Source of the DNA: a virus
Taxonomy: Duplodnaviria > Caudoviricetes
DNA length: 29,468 nt
IMG/VR virus record: IMGVR_UViG_3300032233_001024
Location: 1-29,468 of that record
Reading direction: 5' to 3' (one strand)
Shown: in pieces, positions 7,545 through 15,018 of the stretch
Layout: each line of letters starts with the position of its first letter
How positions within the stretch are numbered: the stretch's first letter is position 1
Notes under the pieces: model-generated
Databases searched by the model: none
Told to the model about the DNA's origin: nothing
Seen by the model: the letters and a program-made list of their open reading frames with translations, nothing else
Made by a program: the position numbers and the translations under genes

Positions 7545-8637
7545 TTTTGAGTCAGACGTAGAAGTGACAGAAGAGCCAAGAATGAGTATTCGACAAGCAA
7601 TCCACGAATCTTTGCAGAAGCAGGGACTCGAGGAAAGCGACCCTACTCCTGCCATTGTAAAGCAAGCTCAAGAGGAAGAAGTTGAGAATGCAGAGGGAAC
7701 TGAGGAAGTCGAAGAGGCTCCAGAGAGCCAAGAAGCTCAAGAGGTCGTTGAGGAAGCTCAAGCGCCAGTCGAGGCACCTCCCGTAGACCGAATCCCCCTG
7801 GTTCCCCCCGCTGACATGAATAAGTTTGAGAAAGATGCTTTCTTAAATCCAACCCCAGAAAATGCCCATATTCTGCAGCAATACATGAATCGTCGAGCCT
7901 ATGAAACTAGGAGCGATTACCAGCGCAAAATGCACGAAGTAGAAGAGCTACGGAAGCAAACCTCTTCTGTTTATGACGTTATTAAGCAATACGAGCAAGA
8001 CTATGCCAAGCACGGAATAAGCGTTGGGGACGTGGCAAAACGGTCCATTGCTTGGGATAAAGCCATGCAAACTAACCCTGTAGAGACAGCTCTTGAGTGG
8101 CTGGATTCCTACGGATTATCGCTGGAAGACCTTAAAGGTCAGGCAACCCCAGCTTCCCTAGAACCTAACGCCGGATACCTTACTCGTCAGGAAGCAGAGC
8201 GAATTGCTGAAGAAAGGGCCAGAGCCTTGTTTGAGCAGCAGCAGCAGGAACAACATCAGTCTGCCGTTGCCTATTACAACGAGCGAGTTGTAAACTCTTT
8301 TGTATCAGCCAAGCCACTCTTTCGTGACCCTGAAACAGCTTCGCAGTTAGAGGCTGAAATGGCACCGATAGTGAGTGCGTTATCAAGCACAGGGAAGTAC
8401 AGCTCTCCCGAGGAGATCCTGGAAACCGCTTATAACTATGTAGTGGCTGGCAACCCGACTTTTTCCAGTCTGCATCAAGCGATGATTGCAAAGCCGGTTA
8501 TAGAACAAAAACAGGCCGCTGCTCAAAAAGCAAAAGCGGCTTCGAAGTCAATATCTGGCTCCGCTGGTTCAGGGACTCCCAGGATGCAAATAAAAAGTTT
8601 GAGGGATAACCTTCGTCACCGTCTTGGTAACGATTAA
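7537..8637 (+). CDS. Capsid scaffolding protein (putative)
   Basis: Acidic disordered N-terminus, helical body, C-terminal KAKAASKSISGS...SLRDNLR; immediately upstream of the capsid gene. Confidence 0.8.
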   Translation: MDNFESDVEVTEEPRMSIRQAIHESLQKQGLEESDPTPAIVKQAQEEEVENAEGTEEVEEAPESQEAQEVVEEAQAPVEAPPVDRIPLVPPADMNKFEKDAFLNPTPENAHILQQYMNRRAYETRSDYQRKMHEVEELRKQTSSVYDVIKQYEQDYAKHGISVGDVAKRSIAWDKAMQTNPVETALEWLDSYGLSLEDLKGQATPASLEPNAGYLTRQEAERIAEERARALFEQQQQEQHQSAVAYYNERVVNSFVSAKPLFRDPETASQLEAEMAPIVSALSSTGKYSSPEEILETAYNYVVAGNPTFSSLHQAMIAKPVIEQKQAAAQKAKAASKSISGSAGSGTPRMQIKSLRDNLRHRLGND

Positions 8638-8686
8638 CGGATAACTCCATTAGTTGTCCCTCAGAATTAAATTTTTAAGGGACAAC
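8598..8686 (+). promoter_or_regulatory. Alternative RNA helices controlling access to the capsid ribosome-binding site
   Basis: GTTGTCCCT 8653-8661 can pair with AGGGACAAC 8678-8686 (contains the SD) or, extended, with 8598-8610. Confidence 0.55.
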
Positions 8687-8689
8687 ACA

Positions 8690-9646
8690 ATGGCAAATTT
8701 AGAAGAAGCAGTGGTAGCAACCCTGTTTGATCAAAGCGATCAAATTGCGGATGCCATTCTGCATCACAACCCTCTCCTTAAGTCTCTCGATAGCCAGGGG
8801 CTTATTCGTCGATTCAGCGGTGGATATGAACTTCGTAAGCCAATCATGTACAATGATTCGGCTGTAGGTTCGTTCTACTCTGGATTCTCTTCTTTCAACC
8901 TTGATGCAATCGACGACATGACGGCGTTCCGATTCGCAATCAAGCAGGTTTATGAGCCTGTAGCGATTTCCGGTCGTGAGCGACGAGCTAACACTGGAGC
9001 AGCACAGCTTCTTGACCTTGTTGAATCTAAGATGGAGGCCTCAATCTCCCGTCTTCGTAACACAGTTTCTACATCCCTTCGTGGAGATGGAACTGGTTCC
9101 GGTGGACTTGAGTTCGACGGTATCAAGAAGGCAGTTTCGACTTCGCCTTCGTCTGGTACATATGGTCAGATCGACCGTACTTCAAACTCTTTCGCACGAA
9201 ACCTTGCTGTTAACGTGACTCTCTCTGCATCAAACGTGCAAGAGCAGATCACTGACGCTATCAGCCAGGTAACTCGTGGTGATGAGCAGCCAGACCTTGG
9301 CCTCATGGATCGCACAGCTTGGAAGTATCTCCATAGCTCTCTCACAGCAATTCAGCGTATTCAGCTTCCTACAAAGAAGGCTGTCGCTGGATTCCGTGTT
9401 CTTAGCTATGACGGATGCGACTTCGTATTTGACGGTGGATACGGTTCTTCGGTTCTCGAAACCAATTCTTGCCGACTTCTCAACACGAAGTACTTCACAT
9501 TTGATATGGTTCGTGGAGCTGACTTCAAGCCCCTCGCACCTCAGATGGATCGTCCGGTGGATCAGGATGCTTTCTTCACGGTTATTATCGTTGAAGGAAA
9601 CCTCTGCTGCTCCGCTCCTGCGCTTCAGGCTGTTATTTACGCTTAA
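8690..9646 (+). CDS. Major capsid protein
   Basis: 318 aa from ATG 8690 (AAGGGA SD). IADAILHHNPLL...SGGYELRKPIMY...SFYSGF...LRGDGTG...EFDGI...GNLCCS matches HK97-fold capsids of P22-like podophages; position after scaffold. Confidence 0.9.
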   Translation: MANLEEAVVATLFDQSDQIADAILHHNPLLKSLDSQGLIRRFSGGYELRKPIMYNDSAVGSFYSGFSSFNLDAIDDMTAFRFAIKQVYEPVAISGRERRANTGAAQLLDLVESKMEASISRLRNTVSTSLRGDGTGSGGLEFDGIKKAVSTSPSSGTYGQIDRTSNSFARNLAVNVTLSASNVQEQITDAISQVTRGDEQPDLGLMDRTAWKYLHSSLTAIQRIQLPTKKAVAGFRVLSYDGCDFVFDGGYGSSVLETNSCRLLNTKYFTFDMVRGADFKPLAPQMDRPVDQDAFFTVIIVEGNLCCSAPALQAVIYA

Positions 9647-9664
9647 TTGTAGGAGGATTGAATT

Positions 9665-10153
9665 ATGTCATTGAATGGATCGCAAGGTGTAAATTCTACT
9701 CGCAGTTGGGATGGTACAACAATTCCACTACCTGCAAAGGTGCTGGATGTTGGGTCTGATAAGCGTGGTAAATGGATGTTTGTAAAGGCAGCAGGCACTA
9801 TTACGCAGTATCAAGCTGGCATTATTGATAAGGATGGTGGTTTTACTGCTGTTACTACAACTAATGCTTCAACGCCCCCTAAGGGTCTTGGAATCGCTCA
9901 AGTTGCTGCAGCTACCAATGAGTACCTTTGGGTATTTACTGGCGAGGGTGGAGGAACTGGAGTCGGAGTAAAGGTAAAGGTAGCAGCTTCGTATGTAGCT
10001 GGAACTAAGCTTTATACTACGGCTACTGCTGGCGTGTTGGACGATAGCGTTACTGCTGGCGTGATCAGCGGTGTTGTCGGCCTAACCACCGATTCGGGAT
10101 CTGGATCAAATGTCGAAGTACAGGCATTTGGTGCAATGTACTCCAATCTGTAA
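9665..10153 (+). CDS. Capsid decoration/cement protein (putative)
   Basis: Strong AGGAGG SD; G/A/T/V-rich beta protein (KLYTTATAGVLDD) directly after the capsid gene. Confidence 0.7.
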   Translation: MSLNGSQGVNSTRSWDGTTIPLPAKVLDVGSDKRGKWMFVKAAGTITQYQAGIIDKDGGFTAVTTTNASTPPKGLGIAQVAAATNEYLWVFTGEGGGTGVGVKVKVAASYVAGTKLYTTATAGVLDDSVTAGVISGVVGLTTDSGSGSNVEVQAFGAMYSNL

Positions 10154-10160
10154 TTGATAA

Positions 10161-10184
10161 GCGGCTGGCTGGTATAGCAGCCGC
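10161..10184 (+). terminator. Intergenic stem-loop (weak terminator or stabilising hairpin)
   Basis: GCGGCTG/CAGCCGC stem, followed only by AATTT. Confidence 0.4.
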
Positions 10185-10200
10185 AATTTAAGGAGATTAT

Positions 10201-10605
10201 ATGTCACTTCTTACAGATTTGATTGGTTTGGGAATGCCACCGGAGCAAGCAAATGTGTTGTCAACTTTTAGCATTACGTCGGCTCCTGCACTCTCATCGA
10301 GTGGAAGTTTGACTGCTACTGGCACAACAATTGCAGATGCTCTTGCTCTTACATCGTTTCTTAACCTTGTAGGAACCACTGCTGCATCGACAGGAGTTAA
10401 ACTACCTGACGTTCAGATTGGTGGAATCGTGGTTGTGCAAAACAATGGCGCAAATGCTCTTAACGTATTCCCGCATTCATCACTAGGAACACTTAACGGT
10501 GGTACTGCTGGTGCTGCGGTAACATGTGCTGCTGCGGCTGGTAACATTTGTATCAAACGCTCATCGACAGATTGGCTTGTATACGTTGTTGCTAAGGAAT
10601 CATAA
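10201..10605 (+). CDS. Virion structural protein (putative)
   Basis: AAGGAG SD; TATGTT.ADALAL...TGVKLP...VQNNGANALNVFP...GTLNG beta-rich motif seen in head-associated phage proteins. Confidence 0.7.
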   Translation: MSLLTDLIGLGMPPEQANVLSTFSITSAPALSSSGSLTATGTTIADALALTSFLNLVGTTAASTGVKLPDVQIGGIVVVQNNGANALNVFPHSSLGTLNGGTAGAAVTCAAAAGNICIKRSSTDWLVYVVAKES

Positions 10606-10609
10606 CAAA

Positions 10610-10638
10610 TGGGGAGGCTTGTTCAGCTCCCCACATTT
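10610..10638 (+). terminator. Stem-loop after the head decoration genes
   Basis: TGGGGAG 10610-10616/CTCCCCA 10627-10633 followed by CATTT. Confidence 0.45.
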
Positions 10639-10650
10639 CATTGGTGATTT

Positions 10651-10908
10651 ATGCCAGATTTTACACCTTCTAATCCTACTGCATTGTTTTCAGCTCGTAG
10701 GCTTGCAGCAGTTACTCCATCAGATTCTACAGACCTTACAGGCGTTCGTGCCTTGTGGGTTGGGGCTGCTGGAAACCTTGTACTAAAAGGCGTTGATGAT
10801 TCGTCTGCTGTAACTCTTGTGATTCCAAATGCTGGTGTTTTGATTCCAGTGTTTGTAGCAAGAGTGATGGCAGCTACGACAGCGACTTCGATTGTTGCGT
10901 TATATTAG
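10651..10908 (+). CDS. Head-spike base protein, RcGTA Rcc01079-like
   Basis: 85 aa; AVTPSDSTDL..VRALWVGAAGNL...G.LIPV.V.RVMA.TTATSIVALY matches my recollection of the Rcc01079 family pattern. Confidence 0.75.
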   Translation: MPDFTPSNPTALFSARRLAAVTPSDSTDLTGVRALWVGAAGNLVLKGVDDSSAVTLVIPNAGVLIPVFVARVMAATTATSIVALY

Positions 10909-10921
10909 TTTAGGCCTGTTT

Positions 10922-11695
10922 ATGTTGGTTGGAATTGGCGGTGTCGCATTAACTTCTGCTGTGCGAGCTGGGGCATCTCAATTTGACCCAAAGACCGTTA
11001 CTGGTCTTGTTGCTTGGTACAAGTCAGACGCAGGAGTTCTTGACGCTTCTGGCAATGCCATTACTGCTGACAATACAAAAATTAGAACTTGGCAGGATCA
11101 GAGCGGCAACGGCAAGCACCTAGTACAGGCTACAGTTGGCAATCAGCCAACTTGGAGAAATGCTGCTAACGGTATTAATGGCGTTCCTGCGGTTTATTTT
11201 ACAGGTTCGTCTACTAACTACATGGTTAGTTCTAGTTTTGACCTTAGTTCCCATACCGTGTTTTTCGTGCAAAAAATTTCGGTAGATTGCGTTTTCTACG
11301 AACATGGTAACGCAGCTACAGGAAGTGGCGGGTTTGCTTACACAAGTCAAAATGCCTCTATGTATGTGCGCAAGAATGGTACGGTAAACGGCAAAGATTC
11401 AACTGTTGGATGGGGCAGCGGAAACGTATTGCTTCAATGGAACGGTCGGTATGCTGGTACCAGCCTCACGCACACTATGCGTAAAAATGGGGCGGATCAA
11501 ACTTTGACAGTCAGAAATGCAGGAGATCCAGGTACTGCAACTACAACAGCCGCTTTAACTCTTGGTGCCCGAGCAGGATTCACAGCTCCCGCTACCGGAT
11601 TTATTGCCGAAGCATTGTTTTATAATGCCGCCTTATCGTCGGGTGACATAGCAAACATCGAAGCGTATTTGAAGAAGAAGTGGGGCACTCCTTAA
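10922..11695 (+). CDS. Head fibre/spike protein with a LamG/concanavalin-like domain
   Basis: Short IGIG N-terminal anchor; GLVAWYKSD...TWQDQSGNGKHLVQAT...QPT...INGVPAVYF...GFIAEALFYNAALS..DIANIEAYL..KWG. Confidence 0.75.
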   Translation: MLVGIGGVALTSAVRAGASQFDPKTVTGLVAWYKSDAGVLDASGNAITADNTKIRTWQDQSGNGKHLVQATVGNQPTWRNAANGINGVPAVYFTGSSTNYMVSSSFDLSSHTVFFVQKISVDCVFYEHGNAATGSGGFAYTSQNASMYVRKNGTVNGKDSTVGWGSGNVLLQWNGRYAGTSLTHTMRKNGADQTLTVRNAGDPGTATTTAALTLGARAGFTAPATGFIAEALFYNAALSSGDIANIEAYLKKKWGTP

Positions 11696-11711
11696 TGGCT
11701 ATACCTACATT

Positions 11712-11760
11712 TATACAATTAGTTGTATATTCCTCCTTAACGCCAACTTTTTATAAGGAG
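11712..11760 (+). promoter_or_regulatory. Palindrome plus SD-occluding hairpin
   Basis: TATACAA 11712-11718/TTGTATA 11723-11729; CTCCTTA 11733-11739 is the exact complement of the SD TAAGGAG 11754-11760. Confidence 0.5.
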
Positions 11761-11764
11761 AGAT

Positions 11765-12460
11765 ATGGCACAAATTGATTGGCAGTCCATCATGAATGGA
11801 TCTTCCCAACAAAAGAAAAGATACCACGGGGCAAATGTTCGGTTTTTCAATGCTTACAATGAAAACCGTGAGAAGAGTTTTGCCGCTGGTCGTTCAATGT
11901 TCGACGAGATCCCTTCCATCTCAATTCAGTACCCAGGTGGAGATGAAACTGTTCGCAAAATAGAACCTCAAGACATTTCAGACTATCCAGAGCTTTATAA
12001 AGCTTTCATGGCTGGTAATGAACCTGTGGTTGGGGGAACCCCGCTCGCTGAGTGGCCGCTTATGAACGGCTCTACTCTTCGTGAGCTTCAACACCTTGGC
12101 TTCAAAACTGTAGAGCAGTTAGCAGAAACCCATGACGAACTTAAGCGCCGTCTTGGTCCTACTGGTCGTTTTGTCAAAATGGCAAAGGATTGGCTGGACG
12201 CTGCAAACTCTTCTCAGTTCCAAGTGACTGCATTACGACAACAACTTGAGGCTGCTCAAGTTCGGACAGCCAAGCTCGAAGAGCAGGTTGATCTTTTGAT
12301 GCAGCGCATTGAAGGTAATGAAGGTATTGACTTACGACCACGGCGAAAGGAGGTGATCCAACCGATCTCTGACCCAGTAGATTATGCTGAGTCTGATGCA
12401 CTTTCCGAAGTAGTTGAAGATGTTGCTCCTAAGCGTAGAGGACGACCAAGGAAGATATGA
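11765..12460 (+). CDS. Conserved phage protein with HhH-like motif, coiled coil and AT-hook-like tail
   Basis: GTPLAEWP...LQHLGFKTVEQLAE, a heptad segment, and C-terminal KRRGRPRK. Confidence 0.75.
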   Translation: MAQIDWQSIMNGSSQQKKRYHGANVRFFNAYNENREKSFAAGRSMFDEIPSISIQYPGGDETVRKIEPQDISDYPELYKAFMAGNEPVVGGTPLAEWPLMNGSTLRELQHLGFKTVEQLAETHDELKRRLGPTGRFVKMAKDWLDAANSSQFQVTALRQQLEAAQVRTAKLEEQVDLLMQRIEGNEGIDLRPRRKEVIQPISDPVDYAESDALSEVVEDVAPKRRGRPRKI

Positions 12461-13320
12461 GTTTAGCAACAATTGTTTCGAATGTAGCGGCTGAGTGTGG
12501 TTACACTGTTGAGTCCACAGTTATTGGCTCTACAGAAACTACTACGAAACAATTGCTTGCGATGGTCCAGCGCATAAATAAGGACATATTTGAGTTGTAC
12601 CCATGGCCAAAATGTTATGCGTCTGGATCAATTACTCTTGTAGGTGGTCAGGCAACTTATGCCTTACCATCTGCCTTTTCTTGGTATCAGTACGAAACGT
12701 TTTGGAACAGCTCTACTCGCTGGAGAATCCTTGGCCCGATGACTCCACAAGAGTATGGCGAGGTTCGTGGTTTTGGATTGAACACTACCATTTATCAGCG
12801 ATTTCAAATTCGTGGTATTTCCAATAACGAGTTGCTTATTTCTCCTACCCCAGGAAGCAATAACAACGGCAACATTATTGTATTTGAATACATTGCAGAT
12901 CGGTGTGTACGTCCCGTAACGTGGACTACAACAACACTATTCAACGCTGCTAGTTACTGTTTCTATAACGGCAACTATTACTACACGGTTGCCGGAGGCA
13001 CTACTGGCGCAACCCCTCCTACTCATACAAGTGGATCTGTATCTGACGGTGGCGTTACATGGGCCTACTATGATGGTGTGTATGATCAGTTTTTAGCTGA
13101 TACTGACGTAAGCTTATTCAATGAAAAAATGGTTGAGCAGGGAGTAATTGAACGGTTTGCTCAAATCCATGGTTTGACTGGAGTAGTGCCACAATTTAAG
13201 CAACAAGTGGATGAAGAGTTCAGCAGAGCAAATCCGAGCAAGGTTTACTACGCTGGAGGTACTACTCGAGCCGCACAATTTGCTCGTGATGGAACAGCAG
13301 TATTTGGGACGTGGATATAA
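12457..13320 (+). CDS. Head-tail adaptor (P22 gp4/T7 gp11-like position)
   Basis: MSLATIV..VAAECG...QLLAMV...YPW...GQATYALPS.F...TFWNSS.RW.ILGPMTPQE...FEY; synteny. Confidence 0.75.
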   Translation: MSLATIVSNVAAECGYTVESTVIGSTETTTKQLLAMVQRINKDIFELYPWPKCYASGSITLVGGQATYALPSAFSWYQYETFWNSSTRWRILGPMTPQEYGEVRGFGLNTTIYQRFQIRGISNNELLISPTPGSNNNGNIIVFEYIADRCVRPVTWTTTTLFNAASYCFYNGNYYYTVAGGTTGATPPTHTSGSVSDGGVTWAYYDGVYDQFLADTDVSLFNEKMVEQGVIERFAQIHGLTGVVPQFKQQVDEEFSRANPSKVYYAGGTTRAAQFARDGTAVFGTWI

Positions 13321-14516
13321 TGGCACAGAATTACCCTCAACAAGATCCTCAAATAACTTATAAAGATCCCCTTGCGTATATTGCGTATCTTAGAACCAGA
13401 GGCGTTCACCCTGTCCAGATACAGGAGTTTGTAGCGCAGCGCTTTGGTCCTGGCATGACGCCAGAACAGCGAGCACGAGCAGAGGCCGATGCCAAGCAAA
13501 AAGGTGGGCTATATCAGGTTGGAGGTGCTGTTGCAGGAACTGCACTTGCTGGTGAGGCATTGCAAGGGTTCCCTGTAATATCTGGATTATTTAAAGCAGG
13601 AGCTACTGGAGCTACCGGCGCTACAACTGGCGCTACTGCAGCAGGAGCTACGGGTGCTGGCAGTGTTGCTACTCCAACGTTAGTAAGTGCAACTCAAGTA
13701 GGTGGTAGTGCAGGTGCTGGAACAGCAGGGACAAGCACACTTGGCAGCGTAGGATCTGCAGCTTTACCTGTTGCCGTTACAGCACTTGCTTTGAACAACA
13801 TATGGGAAAGTGGCATGAAGGATATTCTTCGTGGTCGTGGAGATCGAGCTGATTGGACGAATCAAGCGATCAACATGAACCCATATACTGCCCCGATCAA
13901 CATAGGATTACGACTTTTGGGAAAGAGGTCGGTTGGTAAAATGATGACCACCGGCAAGTCAAATGATCAAATGATGCGAGACGACTTCCGTGGGTTGCTC
14001 AAACAATCTGGGGTAGCTGATAACAAATATCAGGTAACTCTTGCTGATGGGTCCAAGTTCAATGTTGGACTTGATGGAAAAACTCGCTACACAAATGTTG
14101 GTGAAAACATTGATGGCAAAACTACTCGCCGAGCTTGGGATGTGGATTTCAGTAACCCACTTGCAAAGTTTGCGACTGACCAAATTGATCCGATGATTCG
14201 CAACATTTACTCAGAAGCGAACGGAAAGGTTAAGCCCGAGCAGTACACAGGGATGCTTGTTAATGCAGCAACCTCAAATGCCAAGTCTGAGCAAGATGTT
14301 TTGAATAACATTCAAGCAATGATTGGCAAGTCTACTTTTGCAAAACAAGCTGGCGTAGGCGTTGAGCCTCCAAAAGCTCCTGTTCAGCGTCCTCCTAAGG
14401 GAGAAGTTGTTCGTGTATCGCCAGGAATGTACATGAACGACAAGGGCCAAGTAGGTCCAGTTAAGTCGATCAAAGAGTCTTTAAAAGCAAACTACAAGCC
14501 AACCAAAGGAAAATAA
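13320..14516 (+). CDS. Putative internal virion/ejection protein
   Basis: TAATG overlap; G/A/T low-complexity hydrophobic stretch typical of injected proteins; no recognised family. Confidence 0.6.
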   Translation: MAQNYPQQDPQITYKDPLAYIAYLRTRGVHPVQIQEFVAQRFGPGMTPEQRARAEADAKQKGGLYQVGGAVAGTALAGEALQGFPVISGLFKAGATGATGATTGATAAGATGAGSVATPTLVSATQVGGSAGAGTAGTSTLGSVGSAALPVAVTALALNNIWESGMKDILRGRGDRADWTNQAINMNPYTAPINIGLRLLGKRSVGKMMTTGKSNDQMMRDDFRGLLKQSGVADNKYQVTLADGSKFNVGLDGKTRYTNVGENIDGKTTRRAWDVDFSNPLAKFATDQIDPMIRNIYSEANGKVKPEQYTGMLVNAATSNAKSEQDVLNNIQAMIGKSTFAKQAGVGVEPPKAPVQRPPKGEVVRVSPGMYMNDKGQVGPVKSIKESLKANYKPTKGK

Positions 14517-14517
14517 T

Positions 14518-15003
14518 ATGGCTAAAGGAGCTATGAGTCGTACACCGAATAAGGAAGGCAAGGTTTATGCTGGAGGCTCTTCAAACTTTGATGAGAGCAA
14601 GGGGCGCTACACGAGTCCACCGAAGGGTTCAGAACGCCTCTCTTTTGGCGTATATCGCACTCCTGCTGGTCAGCTTATGGCAGGTAATGGACGAATCTTG
14701 CAACGTCCTGAACCACAAGCTTCACGTCCAGTTGGGGCTGGCTTACTCAATGCTATGCAGAATGCAAATCAGCAGCCATTAGTTTACCAGATGCCACAAG
14801 GGCAATCTGCTGAGTCTATTGCTGCTTCAATTGCAGCAGGAACCCAACCTATAGGACAACCTTCAGCAGGACTTTTTCAGCCAGCAGCAATGCCGACTAA
14901 TATTTTTGGCATGATGAGAATGAGCCCAGAGCAACAACGGCAGTTTGCACAACAGCAGCAAGCTGGAGCGATGATGCGAAAGCCAATGTATTATGGTCGA
15001 TAA
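14518..15003 (+). CDS. Hypothetical Q/P/A-rich protein
   Basis: AAGGA SD; co-oriented in the virion operon; low complexity. Confidence 0.6.
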   Translation: MAKGAMSRTPNKEGKVYAGGSSNFDESKGRYTSPPKGSERLSFGVYRTPAGQLMAGNGRILQRPEPQASRPVGAGLLNAMQNANQQPLVYQMPQGQSAESIAASIAAGTQPIGQPSAGLFQPAAMPTNIFGMMRMSPEQQRQFAQQQQAGAMMRKPMYYGR

Positions 15004-15018
15004 TAGCAAGGTGAACTA

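Noticed and set aside
9646-9665. Capsid and decoration genes are in the same frame, as in T7 10A/10B-style extensions
   Set aside because: Further in-frame TAG and TGA stops follow the TAA, no slippery site is evident, and the downstream gene has a strong SD.
13600-13660. GAT(G/T) peptide repeats (ggagctactggagctaccggcgctaca...)
   Set aside because: Ordinary low-complexity Gly/Ala/Thr linker with degenerate codons; too short for a collagen-like domain or contingency locus.
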